A stretch of 63,644 nucleotides of DNA, filler included, from Octopus bimaculoides (Eukaryota): assembly GCF_001194135.2 (NCBI RefSeq). It is 8 parts of 8 records of this genome, joined end to end, with 100 filler letters (N's around TTAATTAATTAA, not from the genome) between each part and the next. Parts side by side here need not be neighbours in the genome. Positions count along the whole stretch, not along the records: positions 46,322 to 57,559 come from NC_068985.1; positions 57,660 to 62,366 come from NC_068983.1; 6 more parts are not named here. One strand, given 5' to 3'. The position numbers and the translations under genes were made by a program. Every line of letters begins with the position of its first letter. Position 1 is the first letter of the stretch. Under the pieces are notes generated by a model, which ran no database searches, was not told where the DNA came from, and saw only the letters and a program-made list of their open reading frames with translations. Below are positions 47,160 through 58,779 of the stretch, in pieces.

Positions 47160-48000
47160 ATATCTTAAGCGTGTCTTTCTTTGTAGATTGCTTTCTTTGT
47201 AGTTTGCGAAGAGCAGTTAGTGTTTGCTTTTTGCTTGTTTGCTTTTTCAGTGGCCGACGGTTCCAGCAAGCGAGTTACATAACCTTCTTATTTAGCTGAA
47301 ACTGCCACAGTATGATGTAGATGCAGAGAAGGCCTTCTTGAATAACTACCTCAAACTCTGAAACCCTTACTATTTGATGCCGAGAATTTAAAGCGGCTTT
47401 TTGTGTGACGTTAATATACAATCCATGTTTCACTAACGGAGACCAACGTGTAGGTGGGAACAGAATTGTGCTGTACACTTTCAGTTTTGTTCCTATAAGT
47501 TGATACTTTTCCTATTCCAGACATTTTTGTACCGTCTACCAAAAGCCTTGCTGGTCTCTTCGATTCCTAACTCTTACATCGCCATTAATGATATTTTTGT
47601 GGCAGTGTACTGCTAAGATAGGTAAGCTTTTTCACTCTACAGAGCCTCTTCATGTTGTTTCTGGTGTTTAGACAAAAGCAAAATTTCCCCGAGGCCGGCT
47701 GTTCTTGCATTTACAATGGCGACACTAAAGTTTATGCATTGCATGTAAGCATTTAAATTAACATTAAATATGCTGTCATCAGCAGACAAATTGTCTCTGA
47801 TAATGACTGTGTTTAACATCGTTTTAACCTGAATCCACCTGTGGTTTAACACTCTGCCTTCAATACGGTAACCAAGAGTGGGCATGCCATCTCCATGTAT
47901 ATCTTGGACTGTATGGATCAATATCTTCCACTTTTTTAATACGGTAGGATTGATATTTGGATGATAACCTGTGATAATTATCATAACATTGTCTCTATGA
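47160..48000 (-). mobile_element. RTE (BovB-like) LINE RT and C-terminus, decayed
   Basis: YRIEGRVLNHRWIQVKT..IIRDNLSADD (resembling YRTDGKLFNLRRLQAKT..IRDFLFADD); VEKLTYLSSTL; SKAFGRRYKNVWNRK; TKLKVYS. Confidence 0.8.
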
Positions 48001-48471
48001 AGCAAGGAAGCTTTTTCTAGGAGATCGAGTGACCACAAAGAGGCTACCTCGTTGCTTGTTATACGTAACGTAAACAAGGGATTACCTATTTGGACTTACG
48101 ATTAAGTTCAGTCAAGCGTTCAGACGATTACATTCGCCAGTAGGTACTGAGAAGAAATGGCAGATTGTGGTTAGCTTGTTTAAAGAAAGACCTCTCCAGC
48201 CAAATCAACATCATGATCGATGGCAATTGAGGTCAGACACCACGTGACTACCTAAAAGTGCGCCGACATCAATTTAAACTATTCAGCCGTTATCAATCCT
48301 TTATCTTCCCAATCCGACAATATGTGTAATCCACCATAAGCCTGATTTAAAGAAAATGTTAGAATCGAATTACATACATTACATATCCGGTAGGCCGTAC
48401 ATACGACAAACAAAATATTTATAAGTATATACATACATGCATATATATATATATATATATATATACATATT

Positions 48472-48697
48472 CTTTTACTTGTATCAGTCATTTGACTGCG
48501 GCCATGCTGGAGCGTCACCCTAAGGAGTTTTAGTCGAACAAATCGAGCCCACGACTTATTCTTTGCAAACCTAGTACTTATTCTACCGGTTTCCTTTCTT
48601 GAACTGTTAGGTTACGGGGCCACTAACACACCAACATCGGTTGTTAAGCGATGGCGGGGTAACAAACACAGACACAAACGCACAAATATATATACAT

Positions 48698-48749
<52 letters not shown>

Positions 48750-48960
48750 GTATAAATACGACGGGCTTCTTTCAGTTTCCGCCTACCAAATCCACTTACA
48801 AAGGTGCCACGCAGTGGAAATGAACCCGGAAGTATGTGGTTGGGATGTAAGCTTCTTACTACACAGCTNNNNNNNNNNCAAATCCACTTACAAAGGTGCC
48901 ACGCAGTGGAAATGAACCCGGAAGTATGTGGTTGGGATGTAAGCTTCTTACTACACAGCT
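48472..48960 (-). mobile_element. SINE family C (contains a 10-N gap with duplicated flanks)
   Basis: Homologous to 17420-17822, with CpGs retained. Confidence 0.85.
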
Positions 48961-48981
48961 ACACTTGTGCCTATATATATA

Positions 48982-49054
<73 letters not shown>

Positions 49055-49587
49055 TATGTATGTATGCATGTATGTATGTATATACATATTAGCTCGCGCA
49101 CAAACATACATTCATATATACATACATACATACATACATACATACATACATACGAATTCAATCTATTAATGGCGCTGTGGGGATTTGTAAGACATTCCAA
49201 ATATTCTCCATATGAGATTCTTAAGTGAGAAGATGAACACACTTGGGTTATGGTTCCAGATTAACCCTAACCCATCGACAATTCAACCAACATACCAACT
49301 CAACCACACGTTTACAAACACCGGGAACTGTCTTAATTCAAAAAGTCTTGTCACTTTGTTAGCGACCGGCTCGAACTCTCCCAGGAACTTAAAAAGCTCC
49401 AAGGAAAAACAGACATACGTCCATGCATATTTGTTTTCACGTAAAAACTTAAATTTAGATATGTTTCAGCCAGAAATTAGCCCAGGCCATATCCTACTTA
49501 ACAGCCCACCTGATCAAATCGCTTACGTCATTTTGGAGTAAAGCTATTCATATAAAACAATTTAACATTAGTATACTACATATGTGA

Positions 49588-49857
49588 AGTCACGTGGCTT
49601 AGTGGTTAGACTGTTGCACATACGATCACCTGATCGTGGGTTCGTTTCCCCGATTGGGAGGTGTGTTGTGTTCTTGAGCAAAACACTTCATTTCACGTTG
49701 CTCCAGTCCCCACTTTCGATCAAGGGGTGGGAATGTTGTCCTGTCCGCCTATCCAGCAGGGTGGCGTCATTTGAAGGCTAAAACAGTGCAAAAGCGCATT
49801 GTGATCAGCGATGTGTAACAACATTTGATAGCCTGATCGGACATGTTATCACGTGAT
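49588..49857 (+). mobile_element. tRNA-derived SINE family D (GTTGTGTTCTTGAGCAAAACACTT core)
   Basis: A-box-like gtggcttagtggttag, B-box-like ggttcgtttccc, and a conserved central core resembling V/Meta-type SINE domains. The family name is unverified. Confidence 0.75.
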
Positions 49858-49920
49858 AGTACATATCTTATTGCAGTATTGTATTTTAATACCATACACA
49901 TTGCTAGGGATAGTTTAATT

Positions 49921-49960
49921 GTGACTTCGAAGCTTCGGTTTATAAGCCGTCGTCAGACTG
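49921..49960 (-). ncRNA. degenerate minimal hammerhead-like motif
   Basis: Minus strand reads CAGT-CTGACGA-C-GGCTTATAAACC-GAA-GCTTCGAAGT-C-AC. A15.1 is changed to G and stem I is only 2 bp. Confidence 0.4.
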
Positions 49961-50299
49961 CCTGGTGGCGGTGAACGACAACGACAATGACGAGAGAAAA
50001 CTTTGTATCCAAAAAGTAAGAGATAGGGAGAGCCCATCTCTAGGAAGTTCTCATGTGAGAGACGATTTAAGGATCTTCACTGAAGAACTTTAATGGAATC
50101 ATAACTGAATTCCCTAAAGTTCTCAGGGCCTGGAACCAATATGTAACGTGATAAAGTGAGCATCTGTGATATATGGTTATTTGGCTATCATAATTTGGCC
50201 ATGGAGAAGAAGACTCAAACTAAAAAAATTAGGTTATTTTAGTAACCCTTCCAATCACCTTCGAGATTATTGGAATATTTAGAGTAAGGGCAATTGAGC

Positions 50300-50720
50300 A
50301 CTAGTCAAAACGATATATAATGATTGTCCTTAGAAATGAGTGAGGGTTCCATGTAATGGGGCAGTACCTTGTGTAATACATCCGAGAAACAGGTGTACAG
50401 CAACTAAACATGCTATGGACCTGTATCTTCCGGCTTTTAGCTACGAACATTTTACAAGCAATTGTTAACCAGTCTGGCACATGGAGTTGAGCGTTTATTG
50501 TTCTTTTGAACTGGTCGACACGGTCTACCTTGTAGAATTTGAGCTTTCTAAATCAATAACCGATTATCGGGTCTCTGCCAGGGACAGGAGTGGGGCTCCG
50601 TTCGGTAGATTTGCAACAACCAGCAAAAGAGTTTCACTAGTGATATTTATTCTGGGCGAAACGTTTGTGGGTATTCACTCCGTTGCTAATTAAACCACAA
50701 TACACCAGGGTTGTGTTTCT
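50300..50720 (+). mobile_element. possible PLE GIY-YIG remnant plus pseudo-LTR
   Basis: PCNG..YIRETG-like peptide followed by a degenerate cac-TAGTGA..GGC-GAAACGTT-TGTG hammerhead-like motif at about 50628-50672. Confidence 0.3.
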
Positions 50721-50920
50721 TGCTTACATCCAGCACCCTTCCTACGAATATGTCTTAATTATTCTAATGAGAAGCTTTTGCGACCTTTTGTAGCATGACT
50801 TTCATACTGTGACATACTACTTGATGGTAGTGTATCAAACTTGCTGTTGATAGTACTACATTCTGGTCGTTTCTTTCGACAGCGAAGTTTGTTTTTCACT
50901 TAGGTTTACAGTTCGTGTTT

Positions 50921-51300
50921 GTGGAGGCGCAATGGCCCAGTGGTTAGGGCAGCGGACTCGCGGTCATAGGATCACGGTTTCGATTTCCAGACCGGGTGTT
51001 GTGAGTGTTTATTGAGCGAAAACACCTAAAGCTCCACGAGGCTCCGGCAGGGGTTGGTGGCGAACTCTGCTGTACTCTTTCACCACAACTTTTTCTCACT
51101 CTTACTTCTTGTTTCTGTTGTGCCTGTAATTCAAAGGGTCAGCCTTGTCACACTATGTGTCATGCTGAATATCCCCGCGAACTGCGTTAAGGGTACACGT
51201 GTCTGTGGAGTGCTCAGCCACTTGCACGTTAATTTCACAAGCAGGCTGTTCCGTTGATCGGATCAACTGGAACCTTCGACGTCGTAAGCGACGGAGTGCC
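50921..51300 (+). mobile_element. tRNA-derived SINE family A
   Basis: Full-length copy. Confidence 0.9.
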
Positions 51301-52061
51301 AGCCAAGCTAACAGATCATGTTTAAGAACCATTTGGTTACTTATTAGTGACACCTATCGGCAGTTTCTGCAGACCATAATCTATCAAAAAGTCACAGCTG
51401 GTCATTCACACATCTGGTCACTTTGCACTCAATGATAGCACCCAACTGTCCAATCTGAGTCCGTCGATATTTTGAGGGTGAGGGTGAGCGAGAGGTGACT
51501 CATTTTGGTTGTTCTCACGATACGACCGATCACTGATACTCACATCTGTTGACGAATGGTAACTGCAATACAATACAAGTATTAGATTCAATGTTCAAAA
51601 TTTCGAAATTATAATTTGCACAAAGTGTTCTTAAGCAGCTTGACTGATCAGGATGACGGCAAGTCGGTAGATTTTCTATCGATTCGTGTCCTAATCGTCC
51701 TTTCATGCAGTTGGTTGGTGAGTCAAATGAGTCCAACAAAATCCATTTTGTTGTACTCAGAGATTTAAAAAAGCATATTGACACCTAGAGCTAGAATATT
51801 CAGTTTTATATTCTAAACGACCTAACTAAGTTCCTATGAACAAGTAACCGCAACATTTATCTGTCTGTCTGTCTGTCTGTCTGTCTATCCATCAATCTAT
51901 CTATCTATAGATATAGATATAATATACATATATATACATATATTTACACAAACATATTATATACATATCCATATATATATATATATGCTTTTATGTAAAC
52001 CGAGAGGCAATTTAAATCTACTACCTAAATACAGGAATGATCACTATAACAAGACTCCAAG

Positions 52062-52118
52062 CAGTTTCACTCAACCGAGTTTCACTCAACTGAGTTTCAC
52101 TTAACCGAGTTTCACTTA
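52062..52118. repeat. 15-bp tandem repeat x3.8 (gagtttcactYaacY)
   Basis: Direct reading. Confidence 0.9.
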
Positions 52119-52139
52119 CAGAGCAATGGTCAACATGAG

Positions 52140-52575
52140 GCACTTTCCCGACATATCGTGTAGAGATGAGACTTTCCCCAGACGTCGTGTAGAGAACACA
52201 CTTTTCCCAAGATGCCGTGTAAATAAAACACTTTGCAAAGATGCCGTGTAGAGGAGAGATTTTCTCGAGATACTGTGATAAGAAGACACTTTCCTGAATA
52301 GCCGTGTGAAGAGGACAATCCCTAAAAAGACGTTCCTAAGATACTGTGTAGCTAACATATTTTATCAAGGTAGGCCCCGAAACGGCGCGCTTTCTCTCCT
52401 GATGACCCCATACACTTGCTGGCTTCCGGTATGTGGAGTTCTCGACTGGTAGCACTAGCATGTGCGAGTTGTTTGCAAGACATGTAGAGAAGACACTTTC
52501 CTAAGATGCCATGTAAAGAGGACATTTTCTCAAGATGTGTTAGGAAGACACTTTCCCAAAATGCCATGTAAAACC
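52140..52575. repeat. degenerate 29-30-bp minisatellite (acactttcccaagatgccgtgtagagaag-like), two blocks
   Basis: Units start at about 52141, 52170, 52199, 52229, 52258 and onward. A second block lies at about 52475-52575. Confidence 0.75.
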
Positions 52576-52614
52576 ACAACTGACTGTAATATTGGGTGTT
52601 CAAAAGGGACAAAC

Positions 52615-53035
52615 TAGCAGAATCGTTAGTAGGTCGGGCAAAATTCTTAGCGGTATTTCGTCCGTCTTTAGGATCTGAGTTCAAATTCCGCCGGGTTCGA
52701 CTTTGCCTTTTGACCTGCCATGGTCGATAAAATGAGTACCAGTTGAACACTGGGGCCGATCTAACTGACTTACCCCTCCCCTAAACCTGCTGGCCTTGTG
52801 CCAAAATTTCAAACCAATATTAGGTATCCAGAGGGCGGCGAACTGGCTGAATCCTTACCACGTCGGACAAAATACTTAGCGGCATTTCATTCTGAGTTCA
52901 AATTCTGTCGCGGCCGACTTTGCTTTCCGTCCTTTCGGGATCGATAAAACAAGTACCAGTCGAACAATGGGGCCGATGTAATCGACTTACCCCTCCCCAC
53001 AAAATTCCTGGCCTTGTGCTAAAATGTGAAACCAA
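52615..53035 (+). mobile_element. two consecutive SINE family B copies
   Basis: Heads at about 52615 and 52835. Each has a core and the aatttcaaaccaatatt / aatgtgaaaccaatatt tail. Confidence 0.8.
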
Positions 53036-54429
53036 TATTAGATGTCCAGTTCTGAAACATAGTAAGACGTGCAATCTTTGAGAAGGTAACCAAATGTCTT
53101 ATCCATTTATCTATTTCACCTGTACACACGTGTATGCACATGTACCTGCGTAAGAATCTCTCTCTTTCTAAAGTACACACAGTTTACTAGATTATCTCAC
53201 TTGGGTAATTAAGTTTGTACGGCATCATTGAGATAAAGTTTAATCAATTGAGATAAGTAAATAAGATTAACAATGAAGAGACAGGCGCAGTATGTCAGCT
53301 ACACCATAGTTGATGCGGTGCGTTGCAACCATCGCTACTACCACCATCAACACCACCACATCTTTACCACCACCACCACTGCCGCCACCGCCATCACCTC
53401 CACTTCCACCACCGCCACCACGTTCGCCATGACCTATAACAACAGCAACAACAATAATGAAACAAGTAGAAAACAACACTCCAAGTGTAGGAAAAACTGT
53501 TGACTATATCGATAAGGTAATGTTGTTTATTTGCCTCAAGGACAGCGGATTAGTGTGGGGCGGGAGTTTACACGGGGACATATTTGATAAAAGAGGAGTA
53601 AAAGGGAAGGAAATGAAACGTCCGGATAAAGGGAGTGGTGGGAGCAAGTACGTGATGGGTGGGGACAAACCGGGATCGGAATCCCACCCTTCAGTTTCTT
53701 TACTTTCAAGGGCAAGTGTCCTTCCTTGTCCGGTTGTGTTGTCCGGTCTAAGGATGGTACGTGCTGGGTGGTACATGACGACCCATTCGCCCGGGCCGTC
53801 GTTTACGCCACCTTCAGTAAATTTACCGGAGAAGAGCAGCCGACAGTAACACCAGCGATAACTGTAAGACCAAGAGAAACAGCAGTAGCAGCAGCAGTGA
53901 CGACAACAACGACGACGACGACGGTGGTTGCGGTGGCGGCGGAGCCGGCAATGACAAAAAGACTACGACTATAAGAGCAGTTACAGCATCAACAACAACA
54001 GCAAAAACTATGACCATAGAGATAAGTTAGCAACAACAATAGCAACAAGAAACGCAGGAGGATTAACGCCTAATCTCTTTAGCTGTGATATATCAATAGT
54101 AGAGATGTTTCTTTTGTTGTCAGTGTTAATGCTAAACTGCGGCCAATGAGAAAATATATTATATGTGATTTATATTCCGACAACACCAGCTAAAGATCTG
54201 ATTCGCTCCTAACTATATTCTAGTCTAGTTTTAAAACGAATTTATAATCTCGGGTTTTACGTATTCGCGCAGCCTGCTAGAAATAGCAGTGAAATCTCTC
54301 TATATATATATCTCTCTCTCGCTCGCTCTCTCGCTCTCGTATCATATTTTAGTCTTAAAGGTAAGAAAATAAAAACAGTGTAAAATGACATCAGCAGAAG
54401 AACCGTAAACTCAGAGTCTCTACCGAAAG

Positions 54430-55272
54430 AATCGTCACTCCGATTTACAGACAATGATTTCAAATTTTGGTACAAGACCAGGAGATTCGCGGAAGGGATA
54501 AATCAGTTACATCAACCCATGTGTTCAACTGCTACTTATTTATCGACCCCGAAAGAGCTGAAAGGCAAAGTTGACCTCGGCGGAATTTGAACACGGGACG
54601 GACGAAATGCCGCTAAGCGTTTTTTCGGCATGCTAACGATTCTTTTCTACTCTAGACACAAAGCCCAAAATTGTTAGGGAGGGGACCAGTCGATTAGATC
54701 GACCCCAGTATGCAACTGGTACATAATTTATCGCCCCCGAGAGGATGAAAGACAAAGTCGACCTCGGCATAATTTGAACTCAGAACATAAAGACAGATGA
54801 AATACCTATTTCGTTATTGCCCACAAGGGGCTAAACATAGAGGGGACAAACAAGGACAGACAAAGGGATTAAGTCGATTACATCGTCCCCAGTGCGTAAC
54901 TGGTACTTAATTTATCGACCCCGAAAGGATGAAAGGCAAAGTCGACCTCGGCGGAATTTGAACTCAGAACGTCACAGCAGACGAAATACCGCTAAGCATT
55001 TCGCCCGGCGTGCTAACGTTTCAACCAGCTCGCCGCCTAAAAGAAGAATACCATTCAATATGCTTTTCTACTCTAGGCATAAGGCCCGAAATTTTTGGGG
55101 AGGGGGCCAGTCGATTAGATCGACCCCAGTACGCAACTGGTGCTTAATTTATCGACCCCGAAAGAATGAAAAGCAAAGTCGACCTCGGCGGAATTTGAAC
55201 TCAGAACGTAGACAGATGAAATACCGTTAAGCATTTCGCCGGCGTGCTAACGATTTTGCCAGCTCGCCGCCT
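54430..55272 (-). mobile_element. cluster of four SINE family B cores
   Basis: The aaaggcaaagtcgacctcggcggaatttgaac core occurs four times (about 54560, 54750, 54935 and 55170), with alternative tails. Confidence 0.85.
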
Positions 55273-55726
55273 TTCTGACTCACAGATAATATAATCTGTG
55301 GAACTGGCAAAGAGGCTCGCTTTGCAACCACGGTGTTTCGTGTTCAATCCCACTGCACGGCACCTTGGTAGGAGGAAGTAACAGTGCTGTGAATGTCTTT
55401 GGGGTCTCTGACAAAGGCGAGAAGGAAAGAAGATTCATAGTACAAAGGAGCAGAATTATGTTATCTTTCATTGTCGTCGGATAACGGAACTGCTGGGTAA
55501 CCATCTCGACCCCGCTACTGAATGTTCAAGTCTGGTACTTATTCAACCAGTCACACTTGCAGAATCGCTATGTTACGGGGATGCAAACAGACTAACACCG
55601 GTTGTCAAGTGGTGGCTGAGACAAATGCAAACACAAACACATACATATACACGTGCGTGCACACACGCACACACACACACACACATAGAGGCACGCAGAG
55701 AAATATCTAATATTGTTGTTGTTATT

Positions 55727-55776
<50 letters not shown>

Positions 55777-56377
55777 GAAGAAGAAGAAGAAGAATAAGAA
55801 GAAGNNNNNNNNNNNNNNNNNNNNNNNNNNNNNNNNNNNNNNNNNNNNNNNNNNNNNNNNNNNNNNNNNNNNNNNNNNNNNNNNNNNNNNNNNNNNNNNN
55901 NNNNNNNNNNNNNNNNNNNNNNNNNNNNNNNNNNNNNNNNNNNNNNNNNNNNNNNNNNNNNNNNNNNNNNNNNNNNNNNNNNNNNNNNNNNNNNNNNNNN
56001 NNNNNNNNNNNNNNNNNNNNNNNNNNNNNNNNNNNNNNNNNNNNNNNNNNNNNNNNNNNNNNNNNNNNNNNNNNNNNNNNNNNNNNNNNNNNNNNNNNNN
56101 NNNNNNNNNNNNNNNNNNNNNNNNNNNNNNNNNNNNNNNNNNNNNNNNNNNNNNNNNNNNNNNNNNNNNNNNNNNNNNNNNNNNNNNNNNNNNNNNNNNN
56201 NNNNNNNNNNNNNNNNNNNNNNNNNNNNNNNNNNNNNNNNNNNNNNNNNNNNNNNNNNNNNNNNNNNNNNNNNNNNNNNNNNNNNNNNNNNNNNNNNNNN
56301 NNNNNNNNNNNNNNNNNNNNNNNNNNNNNNNNNNNNNNNNNNNNNNNNNNNNNNNNNNNNNNNNNNTCTTCTTCTTC

Positions 56378-56460
<83 letters not shown>

Positions 56461-56479
56461 GTTGTTGTTGTTGTTGTTG

Positions 56480-56936
56480 TTGAAAACTCACAGTTGAAAA
56501 CTCACAGCTTATTTTGCTGGGTATGATGGAAAGTGTTATCTGTCCACAGCCAGCAGACTAAGGTGACATTTGTTTACTGGTCGTGCTTCAAGGACCCTGC
56601 GAAGAATTCTTGCAGTTCCAAGCAATGCTGGTTTTTGTAGGTGTTCTTCTTTCACGCTTGCCCCAATCTTTTTCAGCCATGTTGGTAGTTGAGTGCTGAT
56701 ACTTCCAAGTGCATCTATTACTATTGATATCACGTCTACACTCCTCATTGACCACAACCATCTTCAATTCGTCATAGGGTCACATAATCTCTGTTCAGTA
56801 ATTTCAAACAGTTCCACTGCTCTCCATTCACTGTGCATTCGTTTTCGGTACCCACTGACAGGTACACCATTCGCATCTACTGGGGCGCTCCATTACTTGT
56901 TTACTCCACTTATGTCTTGTAGCATGGCTAGCAGTT

Positions 56937-56937
<1 letters not shown>
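56480..56937 (-). mobile_element. internally deleted R4/Dong-type LINE derivative
   Basis: N-terminal-like GYRKRMHSEWRAVELFEITEQRLCD is joined to C-terminal YDELK..WSMRSVDVISIVIDALGSISTQLPTWLKKIG..EHLQKPALLGTARILRRVLE. The 3' end runs into (CAA)n(TAA)n. Confidence 0.7.

Positions 56938-56999
<62 letters not shown>
56938..56999. repeat. (GATA)n microsatellite
   Basis: Direct reading. Confidence 0.95.
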
Positions 57000-57491
57000 G
57001 AGTAATGTATATATGGAAAATAGAAGGAAGTCGACTATACAACACACTGTTTTAAACTTTACTACTCTCTGAAACTTTTATTTGTTTTTGGTAAATATAT
57101 TATTTCAAAAAAGATGTTTTAATATATTTTCAGTGAGTGTTAGCAACTGTACTCAATATTGTATGTCATCTGGAGATGTGTTTAAATGTCTAACAAGGTA
57201 TTGTTTCTTATTTTTATCCTTTTCGTTGATGAAAAAATGTGTTATAGAAAGGCACTTTGTCTAAAATCTATGTCTTTTTTTCATAGTCTAACGTTAAATG
57301 TCAGAGATGTCTATTTTTCTGTTATTATTTACAAATCAATTCTCTTTATGTCTTTATTCGTTGTCAAATATGTCTAACTAAATAAACGTTCTTGTGTACA
57401 CGATCTGTGTTTAACTTTTTGTTTTCGATCGATTTGGAGTAGTCAATCAAAATTCAAAATGACCGGTGTATCTGTTTCTATAAATACACAC

Positions 57492-57531
<40 letters not shown>

Positions 57532-57559
57532 AGATACATATTAAATATATGTATATATA

Positions 57560-57659
57560 NNNNNNNNNNNNNNNNNNNNNNNNNNNNNNNNNNNNNNNNN
57601 NNNTTAATTAATTAANNNNNNNNNNNNNNNNNNNNNNNNNNNNNNNNNNNNNNNNNNNN
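57560..57659. other. artificial 100-bp contig-join spacer
   Basis: 44 N + TTAATTAATTAA + 44 N. Confidence 0.95.
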
Positions 57660-58085
57660 TCATCAAGTATAAAGGAACAAACCACATCGGCAACCTGGGC
57701 CGAATCTGAGCTACCCATAGGTACATCAAACGCATCAGGTGTACCCTTTCTAATCCAAATTTTGTTATTAAACCTCATAAAAGACTTCCTGGCAGTTAAA
57801 ACTACATTAATCTCTTCTCTAGAAAGCCCAGCTTTATTGTGCATAAACCACAATGCTTTATTAAGAACAGAAGGATTAATTGAGAGATAGAAATTAGCTA
57901 TATCAAATTGTATAAATTTGACATTATCTTTATCACTAATGGAATTGAACCAATCTATTACTTGCTTAGAATTGGACCACAGTTGTAGCTTAAGTTTTCC
58001 AATTATTACAGGGATATACTTATCTAATATACTTTTGCTTAGTGTCCCTATATCCGACTTAGCCGGGCAAATAAGCCTTAATTTA
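57660..58085 (-). mobile_element. Penelope-like element RT fragment (open frame), same group as 42925-43942
   Basis: RLICPAKSDIGTLSKSILDK..LWSNSKQVIDWF..KFIQFDIANFYLSI..ARKSF..W..K..FDVPMGSSDSAQVADVV. Confidence 0.88.
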
Positions 58086-58088
58086 GGA

Positions 58089-58779
58089 TAATAAATTATA
58101 GGGTATCAAAAAAATTATAGAAATTTAATTTACCACCAGTGGTGTAGTAAGAATAAAAATCAGTCAATAGACTATATATTATTCATTTAAAATACAGAGA
58201 TGCCTATAATAGGACATCTGACCCGCTAGAAAGAGCAGCAAAAGACTACATACCACAAAAATAGGGATAATTTCGAAAGGGAATGAAAAATAAAAACATT
58301 TACCAATCTATATTCTGTACCATGGTTTCAAGTCATTTTAGTAAGATAAACATATACCTTACAATGGTCGAACTGTCTTCAGCAGAATAACCAAACAACA
58401 TATGAACACGAGTCATAGGGAACATGGCTTATGTTCATATGCTTAATTTTTCAAAATTTACCGCGCATTTGCCGTTTACCTAATCGGCAGCAAATACAAA
58501 AAATGCCGATTTTCTTTCAGAAATTAGCCAAAAAAATTTATCATTATTAATAAATTATAGGGTAGCAAAAAAAATTATAGAAATTTAATTTACCACCAGT
58601 GGTCTAGCGAGAATAAAAATCAGTCAATAGACTATATATTATTCATTTAAAATACAGAGATGCCTATAATAGGATATCTGACCCGCTAGAAAGAGCAGCA
58701 AAAGACTACATACCACAAAAATAGGGATAATTTCGAAAGGGAATGAAAAATAAAAACATTTACCAATCTATATTCTGTA
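58089..58779. repeat. 231/232-bp direct repeat pair (58089-58319 and 58548-58779)
   Basis: About 5 substitutions and 1 indel between the copies. They are separated by a 228-bp unique spacer. Confidence 0.9.

Noticed and set aside
47637-48077. 146-aa non-repetitive ORF that looks like a novel protein
   Set aside because: It aligns to the RTE RT region around the (Y/F)ADD motif (here SADD) and continues into further RTE motifs.
48778-48958. About 85-bp direct duplication
   Set aside because: It flanks a 10-N gap, so it is an unmerged contig overlap.
416-51300. tRNA genes
   Set aside because: The tRNA-like A/B boxes are SINE heads continuing into SINE bodies, and no complete cloverleaf was seen.
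51500-51790. Minus-strand ORF possibly a GIY-YIG remnant
   Set aside because: The resemblance is too weak to support without an HMM search.
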